A stretch of DNA of 64,000 bases, taken from positions 19,514 through 83,513 of the forward strand of contig JAGWOI010000006.1 in the NCBI GenBank assembly GCA_028870995.1, written 5' to 3'. The DNA is from Candidatus Omnitrophota bacterium. Lineage in GTDB: Bacteria > Omnitrophota > Gorgyraeia > Zapsychrales > Fredricksoniimonadaceae. Each line of letters begins with the position of its first letter. Within the stretch, counting starts at the first letter, position 1. Shown here piece after piece: positions 46,970 to 56,812 of the stretch. The notes under the pieces were generated by a model. The model ran no database searches. It was not told where the DNA came from and worked only from the letters and a program-made list of their open reading frames with translations. Both the position numbers and the translations under genes were made by a program.

Positions 46970-47479
46970 ATGAAAAAAATCGGTTCCTTGAGTGAGCTGC
47001 TGATGGAAGAGTTGGCGGACCTGCTTGATGCGGAAAACCAGTTGAAACAGGCCATGCCTCAAATGATCCAGGCCAGTCAATCACAAACGTTAAGATCACT
47101 TTTGGAAAATCACCATCAGGACACCCAGGAACAAGCTCAACGCCTTGAGGATATTTTCGGCAATATCAACCAAAGGCCTAAAGGGGTGGAATGCAAAACG
47201 GTTAAAGGGCTTCTTGCCGAAGTCCGGCAGACCATCAGCCTGGCAAGCCCCCAGGCGCGGGACAGCGCCATCATTAATGTGGCCCAGCGGATAGAACATT
47301 ATGAGATCACAGGTTATTCCATCGCCCGGGAACATGCCGATGATTTGGGCCATACCAGGATCGTGGAGTTGTTGGACAAGACCCTCGATGAAGAGCGTTC
47401 CATGCATTTGCACTTAAGTGAACTGGCCCAGGGGTTGATCAATAGCCAGGCCCTTGACCGCAAGCGCGTGTATCAATAA
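46970..47479 (+). CDS. DUF892 (YciE/YciF-like) ferritin-like stress protein. I moved the start to the ATG at 46970.
   Basis: The N-terminus (LLMEELADLLDAENQLKQAMPQM...LENHHQDTQEQAQRLEDIF) matches the YciE/YciF family. It has four-helix-bundle character. Confidence 0.65.
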   Translation: MKKIGSLSELLMEELADLLDAENQLKQAMPQMIQASQSQTLRSLLENHHQDTQEQAQRLEDIFGNINQRPKGVECKTVKGLLAEVRQTISLASPQARDSAIINVAQRIEHYEITGYSIAREHADDLGHTRIVELLDKTLDEERSMHLHLSELAQGLINSQALDRKRVYQ

Positions 47480-47485
47480 CCAAGC

Positions 47486-50400
47486 ATGCCGGAATCCAAA
47501 GCATATTCGTGGTATAAGGACGCCATTTTTTATGAGCTGCACGTCCGTGCTTTTGCTGATAGCCAGCAAGACGGTGTCGGCGATTTTCGGGGCCTTGCCG
47601 GTAGGCTCGATTATTTGCGGGACTTAGGCGTCACCGCCTTGTGGGTCCTGCCGTTCTATCCTTCCCCCTTGAAAGACGACGGTTACGACATCGCCGACTA
47701 CATGAATGTCCATCCCGATTATGGGACGTTGGCAGACTTTAATCTCTTTTTAAAGAAGGCCCATCAGCTTGGGCTCAAAGTGATTACGGAATTGGTATTG
47801 AACCATACCTCTGACATGCACGTCTGGTTCCAGCGTGCCCGTCATGCTCCGCCTTTGAGCGTTTCGCGCGATTTTTACGTCTGGTCAGATACCCCCGCCA
47901 AATACAGCGACGCCAGGATCATCTTTAAAGATTTCGAGACCTCCAATTGGACCTGGGACCCGGTGGCCAAGGCCTATTATTGGCACCGTTTCTATTCTCA
48001 TCAGCCGGACTTAAATTTCGATAATCCCCATGTACGTCAGGCGATGTTCAAGGTGGTTGACTTTTGGCTGCAGATGGGGGTGGATGGGTTGCGGCTGGAT
48101 GCTGTTCCTTATCTTTTTGAGCGGGAGGGGACTTCCTGCGAAAATTTGCCGGAAACTCATGAATTCTTAAAAGAGCTGCGCAGGCATGTGGACGCAAAAT
48201 TTCAGGACCGCATGCTGCTGGCCGAAGCCAACCAATGGTCTGAAGACGTGGTGGCGTATTTCGGCAGCGGTGATGAATGCCATATGGCCTTTCATTTTCC
48301 CATCATGCCGCGGCTGTTCATGAGCATCGATATGGAGGACAGGTTTCCCATCATTGACATCCTGCAGCAGACCCCTGCCATTCCTTATCAAAGCCAGTGG
48401 GCTCTTTTTTTAAGGAACCACGATGAGCTGACCCTGGAAATGGTCACTCATGAAGAGCGTGATTACATGTATCGGGTGTACGCTCTCGATCCAAGGGCCA
48501 GGATCAATTTGGGCATCCGGCGCCGCCTGGCGCCCCTACTGCACAATCACAGGCGGAAAATTGAACTGATGAACGGCCTTTTGTTCTCCCTGCCTGGAAC
48601 GCCGATCATTTATTACGGGGACGAGATCGGCATGGGAGACAATATTTATCTGGGCGACCGCAATGGGGTGCGCACGCCCATGCAATGGAGTGCGGACAAG
48701 AATGCCGGCTTCTCCCGGGCCAATCCCCAGCGTTTGTACCTGCCCATCATCATCGACCCCGAATATCATTACGAGGCCTATAACGTCGACGGCCAGCAAA
48801 ACAATCTCCGGTCCCTGTTGTGGTGGATGAAAAGGCTCATTGCCTTGAGAAAACGGTACAAGGCTTTCGGACGGGGTACGATTGAATTCCTCCAGCCGGC
48901 CAACCGCAAGGTCCTGGTATTCTTAAGGCGCTGGGAGCAGGAGATGATCCTGGTGGTGGCCAATCTTTCCCGTTTTGTCGAGTACGTGGAGTTGGACATG
49001 AAGGCCTATAAGGGCCTTGTCCCCATGGAGCTCTTCAGCCGTTCCAAGTTCCCGACCATTGGAGAACTGCCTTATTTTTTGACGCTGGGACCGAATGAAT
49101 TTTATATGTTCTCGCTCTTGGAGGAGAAGCCTGCCACTCTTCAGGCGATCTCGACCGCTGCCGAGGCCCAAAAGCCGATTCCCGTCATCGAGGCTGAGGA
49201 TATGTGGGCCTGGACGAGGCAGACCCTGGCCAGGGAGAGGCTGGAAGACCTGCTGCCTGATTATTTTTTGACCTGCCGGTGGTTTGCCGGCAAGGCCAAG
49301 AAAATCAATTTTGTCAAGATCATCGACACGGTCCCCATCCCGCATAAAGATTCCACCGTGTTCATGGCGATTGTCCGTTTTGAATATATCGATGCTCCTC
49401 CGGATCAATATTTGCTTCCCATGGCTTATGCCCATGGAGACAGGGCCAGGGAATTGGCCGAACATTCCCGCCATGCGGTGATTACCGGTGTTGCCGTAAA
49501 GCTGGGGGGAGAGACACAACAAGGGATTCTTTATGATGTCTTGCTTGAGCCGGCCTTTGCCGAGGAAATTTTAGCACATATCATGCATCGACGGCGTTTC
49601 CGGGGATCGAACGGGCAGATTGCCTTCAAGTCCACCAAGGCCCTGGCCAAATTATACAAGCCCAGCGACAAGGAGTCCTACGTGCCGACGCTCATGAAGG
49701 TGGAGCAGAGCAACACCTCAGTGAAGTACGGGGAATTCCTGATGTTGAAAATGTTCCGGCACCTTGATCTGGGGTTAAGCCCGGACCTTGAGATGGGAAA
49801 TTTCCTGAGTCAAAAAGTATCATTCCCGTACGTCCCGCCGGTCGCCGGCTATGCAGAATATACCAACGGCATGATGGTCACCATGACCTTAGGGATTTTG
49901 CACGGGTTTATCACCAATCAGGGAGACGCGTGGGAATATACCAAGGATGAATTGGAGAAGTTCTTTGAGTCAATGCTTACCGATAAAGTGCGGGTGAGGG
50001 AGGCTTTGATCCCTCCCGGAGGCGTGCTGGGATCCCTGGACAGAACGCCTCCGCCGGTGATGATGGACGCCATGGGGCCCTATATGGAATCCATACGGCT
50101 TTTAGGCCAGCGGACGGCAGAGTTGCATGCGGCACTCATTTCCTACGGCGAGGACCAGGATTTTGCGCCAGCGCCTTTTACTTTTCAGGAGCAGCGTTAC
50201 ATGTATCAATCCATGTACAGCGCCTTTGGCCAGGTGTTTCGAACCCTGGCCAGAAGTCTTAGGAATATCCCTGATAAGGCCAGGCTCAAGGCCCAACAAG
50301 TTCTTACCCTTGAAGCGAAAATCCAGGAGTTCCTCAAAATATTGCTGAAGCAGAAATTCACATCGGCGCGTATCCGCTGCCATGGGGACTATCACTTGGG

Positions 50401-50830
50401 CCAGGTGCTTTATACCGGCAAAGATTTTGTATTTATCGACTTTGAAGGTGAGCCAACCCGGCCGCTGTCAACAAGGCGCCTCAAGCAGTCACCGCTCAAG
50501 GATGTGGCCGGCATGATGCGTTCTTTTCATTACGCGGCCAGAAGCGGCGTACATAAATTCCATGCTCCTGGCAGCGAGACCGCTAATGTGGACCATTGGG
50601 CCCGCTTCTGGTATCACTGGGTCAGTGCCACCTTCCTTACATCCTATTTAAAGGCCATCAAAGGCCGGCCTTTATTTGCGCAACCTGGAGAAGAACTGAC
50701 GATTTTGCTTAATATTTTTATGCTGGAGAAATCCATTTATGAATTGAACTACGAACTCAATAACCGCCTCGAATGGGTGGACATCCCTCTAGACGGCATA
50801 TTGGACATCATGGAGAAGAATGGAGCATAA
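47486..50830 (+). CDS. treS: Trehalose synthase (maltose alpha-D-glucosyltransferase) fused to a maltokinase (TreS-Mak/Pep2 fusion)
   Basis: The N-terminal GH13 domain carries WYKDAIFYELHVRAF, GLRLDAVPYL and FLRNHDELTLE. The C-terminal ~450 aa form a kinase-like domain (..HGDYHLGQVL..IDFEGEP) typical of Mak/Pep2. At 1114 aa the length fits the known fusion. Confidence 0.9.
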   Translation: MPESKAYSWYKDAIFYELHVRAFADSQQDGVGDFRGLAGRLDYLRDLGVTALWVLPFYPSPLKDDGYDIADYMNVHPDYGTLADFNLFLKKAHQLGLKVITELVLNHTSDMHVWFQRARHAPPLSVSRDFYVWSDTPAKYSDARIIFKDFETSNWTWDPVAKAYYWHRFYSHQPDLNFDNPHVRQAMFKVVDFWLQMGVDGLRLDAVPYLFEREGTSCENLPETHEFLKELRRHVDAKFQDRMLLAEANQWSEDVVAYFGSGDECHMAFHFPIMPRLFMSIDMEDRFPIIDILQQTPAIPYQSQWALFLRNHDELTLEMVTHEERDYMYRVYALDPRARINLGIRRRLAPLLHNHRRKIELMNGLLFSLPGTPIIYYGDEIGMGDNIYLGDRNGVRTPMQWSADKNAGFSRANPQRLYLPIIIDPEYHYEAYNVDGQQNNLRSLLWWMKRLIALRKRYKAFGRGTIEFLQPANRKVLVFLRRWEQEMILVVANLSRFVEYVELDMKAYKGLVPMELFSRSKFPTIGELPYFLTLGPNEFYMFSLLEEKPATLQAISTAAEAQKPIPVIEAEDMWAWTRQTLARERLEDLLPDYFLTCRWFAGKAKKINFVKIIDTVPIPHKDSTVFMAIVRFEYIDAPPDQYLLPMAYAHGDRARELAEHSRHAVITGVAVKLGGETQQGILYDVLLEPAFAEEILAHIMHRRRFRGSNGQIAFKSTKALAKLYKPSDKESYVPTLMKVEQSNTSVKYGEFLMLKMFRHLDLGLSPDLEMGNFLSQKVSFPYVPPVAGYAEYTNGMMVTMTLGILHGFITNQGDAWEYTKDELEKFFESMLTDKVRVREALIPPGGVLGSLDRTPPPVMMDAMGPYMESIRLLGQRTAELHAALISYGEDQDFAPAPFTFQEQRYMYQSMYSAFGQVFRTLARSLRNIPDKARLKAQQVLTLEAKIQEFLKILLKQKFTSARIRCHGDYHLGQVLYTGKDFVFIDFEGEPTRPLSTRRLKQSPLKDVAGMMRSFHYAARSGVHKFHAPGSETANVDHWARFWYHWVSATFLTSYLKAIKGRPLFAQPGEELTILLNIFMLEKSIYELNYELNNRLEWVDIPLDGILDIMEKNGA

Positions 50831-52526
50831 ATTCCCTTCCATCGTTATCGAAAAAGTCTTTCCTTGCATTGAGGGGGAAGGTTTTCATGTCAAGTGCCTG
50901 GCGGGGGATACCTTCACGGTGGAAGCGGACATTTTTAAAGACGGGCATGAACCCTTACAGGCCGCCCTATTATATAGGAAGAAAGCCGATACTCGCTGGG
51001 AGCAGGTTCCCATGCGTTTGATGGAGGATGACCGCTGGCAAGGATCTTTTATTCCCATGGACAATGCCCGTTATCTTTACACCATTGAGGCCTGGGTGCA
51101 CGGTCAATCCAGGATCAGGTACAGGCACCTGCTGGAATTGATGGCAGACCGCAAGGAAGCCGGCTTCGGTGCTTGGTATGAATTCTTTCCCCGCTCGCAG
51201 GGACGGATACCCGGACAGAGTGCCACCTTCAGGGATTGCATCCTGCGGCTGGCGGACATTAAGAAGATGGGATTTGACGTGGTTTATCTGCCGCCCATTC
51301 ATCCTATCGGCAGCGCCAACCGCAAGGGGCCGGGCAATCAATTGACCAGCGCGGCCGAATTTCCGGGATCTCCCTGGGCGATCGGCAATAAAGAAGGCGG
51401 GCATAAGGCGATCCATCCTGACCTGGGCGGTTTCGAGGCTTTTAAGGAATTCAGGGAGGCGGCCGAAGCCTTGGGGCTTAACATTGCCCTTGATCTGGCG
51501 TTCCAGTGTTCGCCGGACCACCCCTACGTCAAAAAACATCCGGATTGGTTTTTTCGCCGTCCTGACGGCACCATTCATTATGCCGAAAACCCTCCCAAGA
51601 AATACGAAGACATTTACCCGTTGAATTTTTACAGCAAAGATTGGGAGGGGCTTTGGGAGGAGATGAAAAGTGTCGTCCTTTTTTGGATCGAACAGGGGGT
51701 TCGCATCTTTAGGGTGGACAATCCGCATACCAAGCCTTTGTATTTTTGGAAATGGCTCATTGATGAGGTCCAAAAAGACCGTCCCGACATCATTTTTCTG
51801 TCGGAAGCCTTCACCCGACCTAAAGTCATGAAATTCCTGGCCAAGGCCGGCTTTACGCAGTCTTACACGTATTTTACATGGAGAAATACTAAACAGGAAT
51901 TGCAGGAATATGTCAACCAGCTGGTCGGCAGTGACATGAAATATTATTTTCGCGGAAATTTTTTTGCCAATACGCCCGATATCCTGACGGACTACCTGCA
52001 ACGGGGAGGGATCCCTGCTTTTAAGATTCGGCTGGTGCTGGCCGCCACCCTATCTTCTCTATACGGCATTTACAGCGGGTTCGAGCTGGGGGAAAACCAG
52101 GCCTACGGCCCTTCCTCAGAAGAATACGCCGGTTCGGAGAAATTTGAGATCAAGGTGCGGGATTGGGACAAACCGGGGCACATCAAGGATTATATCGCCA
52201 GGCTCAATGCCATCCGCCGGGAGAATCCAGCTTTGCAGGAGTATGACAATTTGGAGTTTTATGATACTTTCGGCCGGCAGATGCTGGCCTATGGCAAAAG
52301 GACGGAGGACAATGCCAATATGATCGTCGTGGTGGTTAATTTGGACCCTTTTGCCGTTCATGAAGATACGGTCAAGCTTCCTCTTTGGAAGTTCGGCCTG
52401 CAGGAGGGGCAGTCCTATCAGATGCAGGATCTGTTGGATGGCACTGTGTATTCCTGGAGTGGCATATCCAACTATGTACGTCTGGGCCCTGCCAATCCGG
52501 CCCATATTTTCCTTGTTCAGCGTTAG
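50820..52526 (+). CDS. glgE: Alpha-1,4-glucan:maltose-1-phosphate maltosyltransferase
   Basis: It has the GlgE N-terminal domain (FTVEADIFKDGHEPLQAALLYRK...W) and a GH13-like catalytic domain (FRVDNPHTKP, FLSEAFT). It overlaps the end of treS-mak. Confidence 0.8.
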   Translation: MEHKFPSIVIEKVFPCIEGEGFHVKCLAGDTFTVEADIFKDGHEPLQAALLYRKKADTRWEQVPMRLMEDDRWQGSFIPMDNARYLYTIEAWVHGQSRIRYRHLLELMADRKEAGFGAWYEFFPRSQGRIPGQSATFRDCILRLADIKKMGFDVVYLPPIHPIGSANRKGPGNQLTSAAEFPGSPWAIGNKEGGHKAIHPDLGGFEAFKEFREAAEALGLNIALDLAFQCSPDHPYVKKHPDWFFRRPDGTIHYAENPPKKYEDIYPLNFYSKDWEGLWEEMKSVVLFWIEQGVRIFRVDNPHTKPLYFWKWLIDEVQKDRPDIIFLSEAFTRPKVMKFLAKAGFTQSYTYFTWRNTKQELQEYVNQLVGSDMKYYFRGNFFANTPDILTDYLQRGGIPAFKIRLVLAATLSSLYGIYSGFELGENQAYGPSSEEYAGSEKFEIKVRDWDKPGHIKDYIARLNAIRRENPALQEYDNLEFYDTFGRQMLAYGKRTEDNANMIVVVVNLDPFAVHEDTVKLPLWKFGLQEGQSYQMQDLLDGTVYSWSGISNYVRLGPANPAHIFLVQR

Positions 52527-52608
52527 GCTCATCTTATTTTAATCTTCCCTTAATATCTTCTTTGTTAAGGTAGACAAGAAATCTTTGTGCATAAAGGAAG
52601 GAGAGAGC

Positions 52609-53760
52609 ATGGGTTCACTTAAAACTTTTGACCGTTCCTTGCCGTTGTCTGGAGAAACGCAACATTTATCCTGGTTTGACTCGGCCTCTGTAGTCAGGCA
52701 ACTGCTGGAACAATTAGACATCATTATCGATGGCAACCGGGCGTGGGACATCCAGGTCCTGCATCCTTTGTTCTATAAGAGGGTATTGACCAGGGGCTCC
52801 CTCGGTTTGGGTGAGTCTTACATGGAAGGCTGGTGGGAGTGCGAGGCCCTGGACCAGTTGTTTGCCAAACTAAGCAGAGGGTTGATGGAAGGACGCCTAA
52901 AAGCGCCGTTTTATCTCTCTTGGTGGACGGCCAGGGCTTTGTTGTTCAATCTTCAAAATAAAGCACATTCCTTTCACAATGTCAGGCGTCATTATGACAT
53001 CGGCAATGATTTTTATCAGGCCATGTTGGATAAACATATGTTATACAGCTGTGCTTATTGGAAGAACGCCATTAATCTCGATGATGCACAGGAAGCAAAG
53101 CTGGAGCAGATTTGCCAGAAATTGCGCTTAAAGCCGGGTATGAGGATTCTGGACGTGGGCTGCGGCTGGGGAGGTTTAGTCAAGTATGCCGCTGAACATT
53201 ACGGTGTGCGGGCCGTAGGCATCACGGTTTCCCGGCATCAATACGACTGGGCCTGTAAATCATGTATGGATCTTCCGGTGGAGATACGCCTTCAGGACTA
53301 CCGCGATGTCCAGGGAGAATTTGACCGCATCGTCTCCGTGGGGATGTTTGAGCATGTGGGGCCGAAGAATTACCTGACCTTCATGAAAGCCATGCATGCC
53401 TGCCTGGAAGCAGAAGGATTGTTCTTGCTGCGGACCATCGCCGGCCATCAATCAATTTTATGCTTCGATCCTTGGATGGACAAATACATTTTTCCAGGCG
53501 CCGTCATTCCCTCCATCAGGCAGGTAGGGGGCGCCATCGAGGGCTTGTTTATCATGGAAGAATGGTGCAATACAGGTATGGATTACGATAAGACCTTGAT
53601 GAGCTGGTTTGCTAATTTTAATAAGAATTGGTACCGGTTCAGCCGCCCCTATGGCGAAAAATTCTACCGTATGTGGAAATACTACCTGCTCTCCTGTGCC
53701 GGGCTGTTTCGCAGCCGCAAACAGCAGTTATGGACGATGCTTTTGTCCAAGCCGTTTTGA
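52609..53760 (+). CDS. cfa: Cyclopropane-fatty-acyl-phospholipid synthase. I moved the start to the ATG at 52609, which follows a GGAGAGAG RBS.
   Basis: It has a SAM-methyltransferase motif (ILDVGCGWGG) and CFA-synthase-typical segments (HYDIGNDFYQAMLDKHMLYSCAYW, CFDPWMDKYIFPG). Confidence 0.85.
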   Translation: MGSLKTFDRSLPLSGETQHLSWFDSASVVRQLLEQLDIIIDGNRAWDIQVLHPLFYKRVLTRGSLGLGESYMEGWWECEALDQLFAKLSRGLMEGRLKAPFYLSWWTARALLFNLQNKAHSFHNVRRHYDIGNDFYQAMLDKHMLYSCAYWKNAINLDDAQEAKLEQICQKLRLKPGMRILDVGCGWGGLVKYAAEHYGVRAVGITVSRHQYDWACKSCMDLPVEIRLQDYRDVQGEFDRIVSVGMFEHVGPKNYLTFMKAMHACLEAEGLFLLRTIAGHQSILCFDPWMDKYIFPGAVIPSIRQVGGAIEGLFIMEEWCNTGMDYDKTLMSWFANFNKNWYRFSRPYGEKFYRMWKYYLLSCAGLFRSRKQQLWTMLLSKPF

Positions 53761-53772
53761 GGGAGTGTCGCT

Positions 53773-55524
53773 ATGGCTAAAAAGAAGGTAGCGGAATTGC
53801 TGGTGGAACGCCTTATCCAATGGGGCGTAGATACCATTTTCACCCTGGCCGGTGACGGGATCAACGGCATTTATGAGGTGCTTCGCCGCAGCGGGGGAAA
53901 GATCAAGGTGGTGCATGTGCGCCATGAGGAGGCGGCGGCATTTGCAGCCTGCGCCTTTGCCAAATATTCCGGGCGTCTGGGGGTCTGCCTGGTCACGTCC
54001 GGCCCAGGCGGCGTGCATCTGCTCAACGGGCTCTATGATGCCAAGCTCGATGGACAGCCGGTCTTGGCGATCACCGGCCATACCTTCCATGACCTTATCG
54101 GCACCCATTATCAGCAGGACCTGGATCTGGACAAATTGTTCATGGATGTGGCGGCCTACAATGAACGGATCATGGGGCCTTCCCATGTGCATAATGTGGT
54201 CGACGAAGCGATCAAAACAGCCTTGAGCCAACGTACGGTGGCGCATATCAACGTTCCCAAGGACATTCAAGAATGGCGCATGAACGGCCAGGCTTCCAGT
54301 GCCAATGTGCCCGCGCACAGCGCCAGTATCTACAGCATGTCGAGGCCGGTGCCTTCTCATGCTGAACTGATTGTGGCCGCCGCCATCATCAATATGGGCA
54401 AACGGGTGGTTATCCTGGTCGGCCGCGGTGCCTTGGACGCGCGTGAAGAAATCCTGCAACTGGCGGTCATGACCCAAGGGGTGATCATCAAAGCTTTGCT
54501 CGGCAAGGCGGTCGTTCCTGATGACAATCCTTACACCACCGGGGGATTGGGCCTCTTGGGCACGGCGCCCTCCCAGGATGCCATGCAGGAATGTGACACC
54601 CTGGTCATGGCAGGGACCAGTTTTCCCTATCTGGAGTTCTACCCAAAGCAAAGCGTGCGCACGGTGCAGGTCGATATTGATCCGGCCCGCATCGGTTTGA
54701 GGCATTCCGTCGATGTGGGATTGGCAGGCGACTGCCGGGAAACCCTGTGCCTGTTGTTGAAGCTTTTAGAGCCTAAGGAAGATAAAACTTTTCTTGCAAG
54801 GGCCCAGGAACACATGAAGCAGTGGAATAATCTCCTCGAAACCCAGGGTATGCGTGATGACAAGCCGCTCAAACCTCAGGTGGTGGCACATGAGCTCAAC
54901 AAACTTATTGATGAGAACGGCATCATTTGCACGGACACCGGCACCGTGACCACATGGGCGGCCCGCCATTTGATGGTCCGCGGGAGCATGAAATTTTCCG
55001 CTTCCGGCACCCTGGCCAGCATGGCCAACGGCCTGCCTTATGCCATCGGGGCATCTTTTTCCAATCCGGGAAAACAGGTCATTTGCCTGTGCGGGGACGG
55101 AGGTTTCTCCATGTTAATGTGCGAACTGGCCACCGTCGCCAAATATAACCTCCCTATTAAAATATTTATTTTTAAAAATAATATCCTCGGTATGATCAAA
55201 TGGGAGCAGATCGTTATGGATGGTAACCCTGAATATGGTGTCGAACTTCACCCAATTGATTTCGCCATGTTTGCCCGTTCCTGTGGGGTGGCTTCCTTTT
55301 TATTGGATGAACCCGCCAAGGTCCATGCGGTCATCCGGCAGGCGCTTGAAATGCCGGGACCAGTCCTGGTGGAAGCGGTGATCGACCCTTTGGAGCCCCC
55401 CATGCCCGGTCATATCAGTTCAGCTCAAGCCTTGCATTTTGCCCAAGGCCTGCTCCGTGGGGAAAAAGACGGGTGGAGCCTGCTCAAAACAGTCCTCACC
55501 AATCAAATCCGCCGTTTATTTTAA
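53773..55524 (+). CDS. poxB: Thiamine-pyrophosphate enzyme, pyruvate oxidase/pyruvate:quinone oxidoreductase (PoxB-like)
   Basis: The N-terminal TPP-Pyr domain (RHEEAAAFAACAFAKYSGRLGVCLVTSGPGGVHLLNGLYDA), an FAD-binding middle domain, and the TPP-PP motif (GDGGFSMLMCEL) are all present. The C-terminal amphipathic tail and the overall colinearity resemble E. coli PoxB. Confidence 0.7.
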   Translation: MAKKKVAELLVERLIQWGVDTIFTLAGDGINGIYEVLRRSGGKIKVVHVRHEEAAAFAACAFAKYSGRLGVCLVTSGPGGVHLLNGLYDAKLDGQPVLAITGHTFHDLIGTHYQQDLDLDKLFMDVAAYNERIMGPSHVHNVVDEAIKTALSQRTVAHINVPKDIQEWRMNGQASSANVPAHSASIYSMSRPVPSHAELIVAAAIINMGKRVVILVGRGALDAREEILQLAVMTQGVIIKALLGKAVVPDDNPYTTGGLGLLGTAPSQDAMQECDTLVMAGTSFPYLEFYPKQSVRTVQVDIDPARIGLRHSVDVGLAGDCRETLCLLLKLLEPKEDKTFLARAQEHMKQWNNLLETQGMRDDKPLKPQVVAHELNKLIDENGIICTDTGTVTTWAARHLMVRGSMKFSASGTLASMANGLPYAIGASFSNPGKQVICLCGDGGFSMLMCELATVAKYNLPIKIFIFKNNILGMIKWEQIVMDGNPEYGVELHPIDFAMFARSCGVASFLLDEPAKVHAVIRQALEMPGPVLVEAVIDPLEPPMPGHISSAQALHFAQGLLRGEKDGWSLLKTVLTNQIRRLF

Positions 55525-55672
55525 AAAGAGCGTTAATTTTGTTTTAACCCTTTCTTCATCTGGGCATCTTTATACTTGGGACAGTTTAAGGAAGGCCGCC
55601 TTCTAAATAAACATTGAGGTAGCGGCACCTTTCCGAAAATAAGATTTGTTTTCTTAAGGAAGGGAGGCTTAT

Positions 55673-55843
55673 ATGAAGAAGAATAAGAAAGGTTTTTTCA
55701 AAAACAGAATCAAATATTTTTATACACTGGAAAAAGAGAAGAACCGCCTTCAGCCGGAGGATTGGGAGCCTGATTTGGAAGGAGAGGAGCAGGTGGATCA
55801 GGAAGACGAAAAGTCATGGCAAGACCCCGAGGAACGGTTTTGA
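55673..55843 (+). CDS. Small, highly charged hypothetical protein (56 aa) that overlaps the DUF481 gene start
   Basis: An AAGGAAGGGAGG RBS sits 6 nt upstream. The translation is MKKNKKGFFKNRIKYFYTLEKEKNRLQPEDWEPDLEGEEQVDQEDEKSWQDPEERF. Its basic-then-acidic layout resembles the small ORF at 43776. Confidence 0.2.
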   Translation: MKKNKKGFFKNRIKYFYTLEKEKNRLQPEDWEPDLEGEEQVDQEDEKSWQDPEERF

Positions 55844-56754
55844 TTACAGGAAAAATAAGAATTTTCATCATTTTTTCGGTTCTCTGCTGCTGGATGGCTC
55901 CGGCTTGGGGTTTGGAAGTTTATTTAAAGAACGGGGACAAACTCAGCGGCGTTCTTGTCAGGGAAGATGCCGCCTCTTTGGCTCTTCAAACCCAGGCCGC
56001 GGGTGAGATCCAGATCAATAAAGATTTCATTGATCTTCCCAAGACATTTCCAGAACGGTACACGCCGCCCCGGACAACCCCGCCGGCGCCTGCGGTGGTG
56101 TGGAAAAAAGACCTGTCCTTGGGCTACACCCAGAACGGAGGCAATACCAAGTCTCAATTGGGCCAGTTTTCAGGCAGCCTTGACCGTAAAACCCCTGCCA
56201 ATGAAGCCACAGTCAAATTGGAGTCAACGTATTCATCTTCAAAGAACATCATGAGCGGCAAGAAGTTTTACGGGCTGTTACGCTATGCTTTCAGTTTCGG
56301 ACCACAATTAAAATGGTATAACTTTTATAAAATGGAAGGCAACCAGGATTATTTCGCGGATATCTATTACCGCATTGATCCTTCCGTTGGCGTGGGCTAC
56401 TGGTTTTCCAGCACACCGGAATTAAAGGCTATGGCCGAACTGGGCGTGGGTTATCAATACACGGCTTACCGCGTGGAGACAAAGTCGGACAACGGGCAGG
56501 TGATTTTAGTGCCGCGATTTTTTATAGACAAGCACCTCATCGGCAACCTTCATTTGACAGAGGACTTCACCTACTATCCGTCATTGGAGAATTTCAGCAA
56601 TTACCGTTTCCGGTCGGAAACGGACCTGGTCAGCCAAATCGCGGTCCGGTGGGCGTTGAAGGTGGGCTATACCGATGATTACAATTCTGCTCCGCCTCCT
56701 GGTTTTAAAAAGAATGATTACATATCGCTGACGTCGCTGGAGTACCATTTTTAA
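55816..56754 (+). CDS. DUF481-family outer-membrane beta-barrel protein (YdiY-like)
   Basis: It has a signal peptide. The N-terminal LKNGDKLSGVL is typical of DUF481. The C-terminal half has alternating aromatic/Gly residues suggestive of beta-strands, and it ends in ...EYHF. Confidence 0.45.
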   Translation: MARPRGTVLITGKIRIFIIFSVLCCWMAPAWGLEVYLKNGDKLSGVLVREDAASLALQTQAAGEIQINKDFIDLPKTFPERYTPPRTTPPAPAVVWKKDLSLGYTQNGGNTKSQLGQFSGSLDRKTPANEATVKLESTYSSSKNIMSGKKFYGLLRYAFSFGPQLKWYNFYKMEGNQDYFADIYYRIDPSVGVGYWFSSTPELKAMAELGVGYQYTAYRVETKSDNGQVILVPRFFIDKHLIGNLHLTEDFTYYPSLENFSNYRFRSETDLVSQIAVRWALKVGYTDDYNSAPPPGFKKNDYISLTSLEYHF

Positions 56755-56812
56755 TCTATTTTTCATATTGATTTAATGTTCTTTAACACACAATACCACG
56801 ATGGGGAACGAT

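Noticed and set aside
50970-52001. 343-aa minus-strand ORF antisense to glgE (and similar antisense ORFs in poxB 53728-54705, glgX 58319-58924 and treY 61569-62279)
   Set aside because: The sense-strand genes have strong family signatures. The antisense ORFs are Arg/Gly/Pro-rich, as expected from GC-skewed antisense frames.
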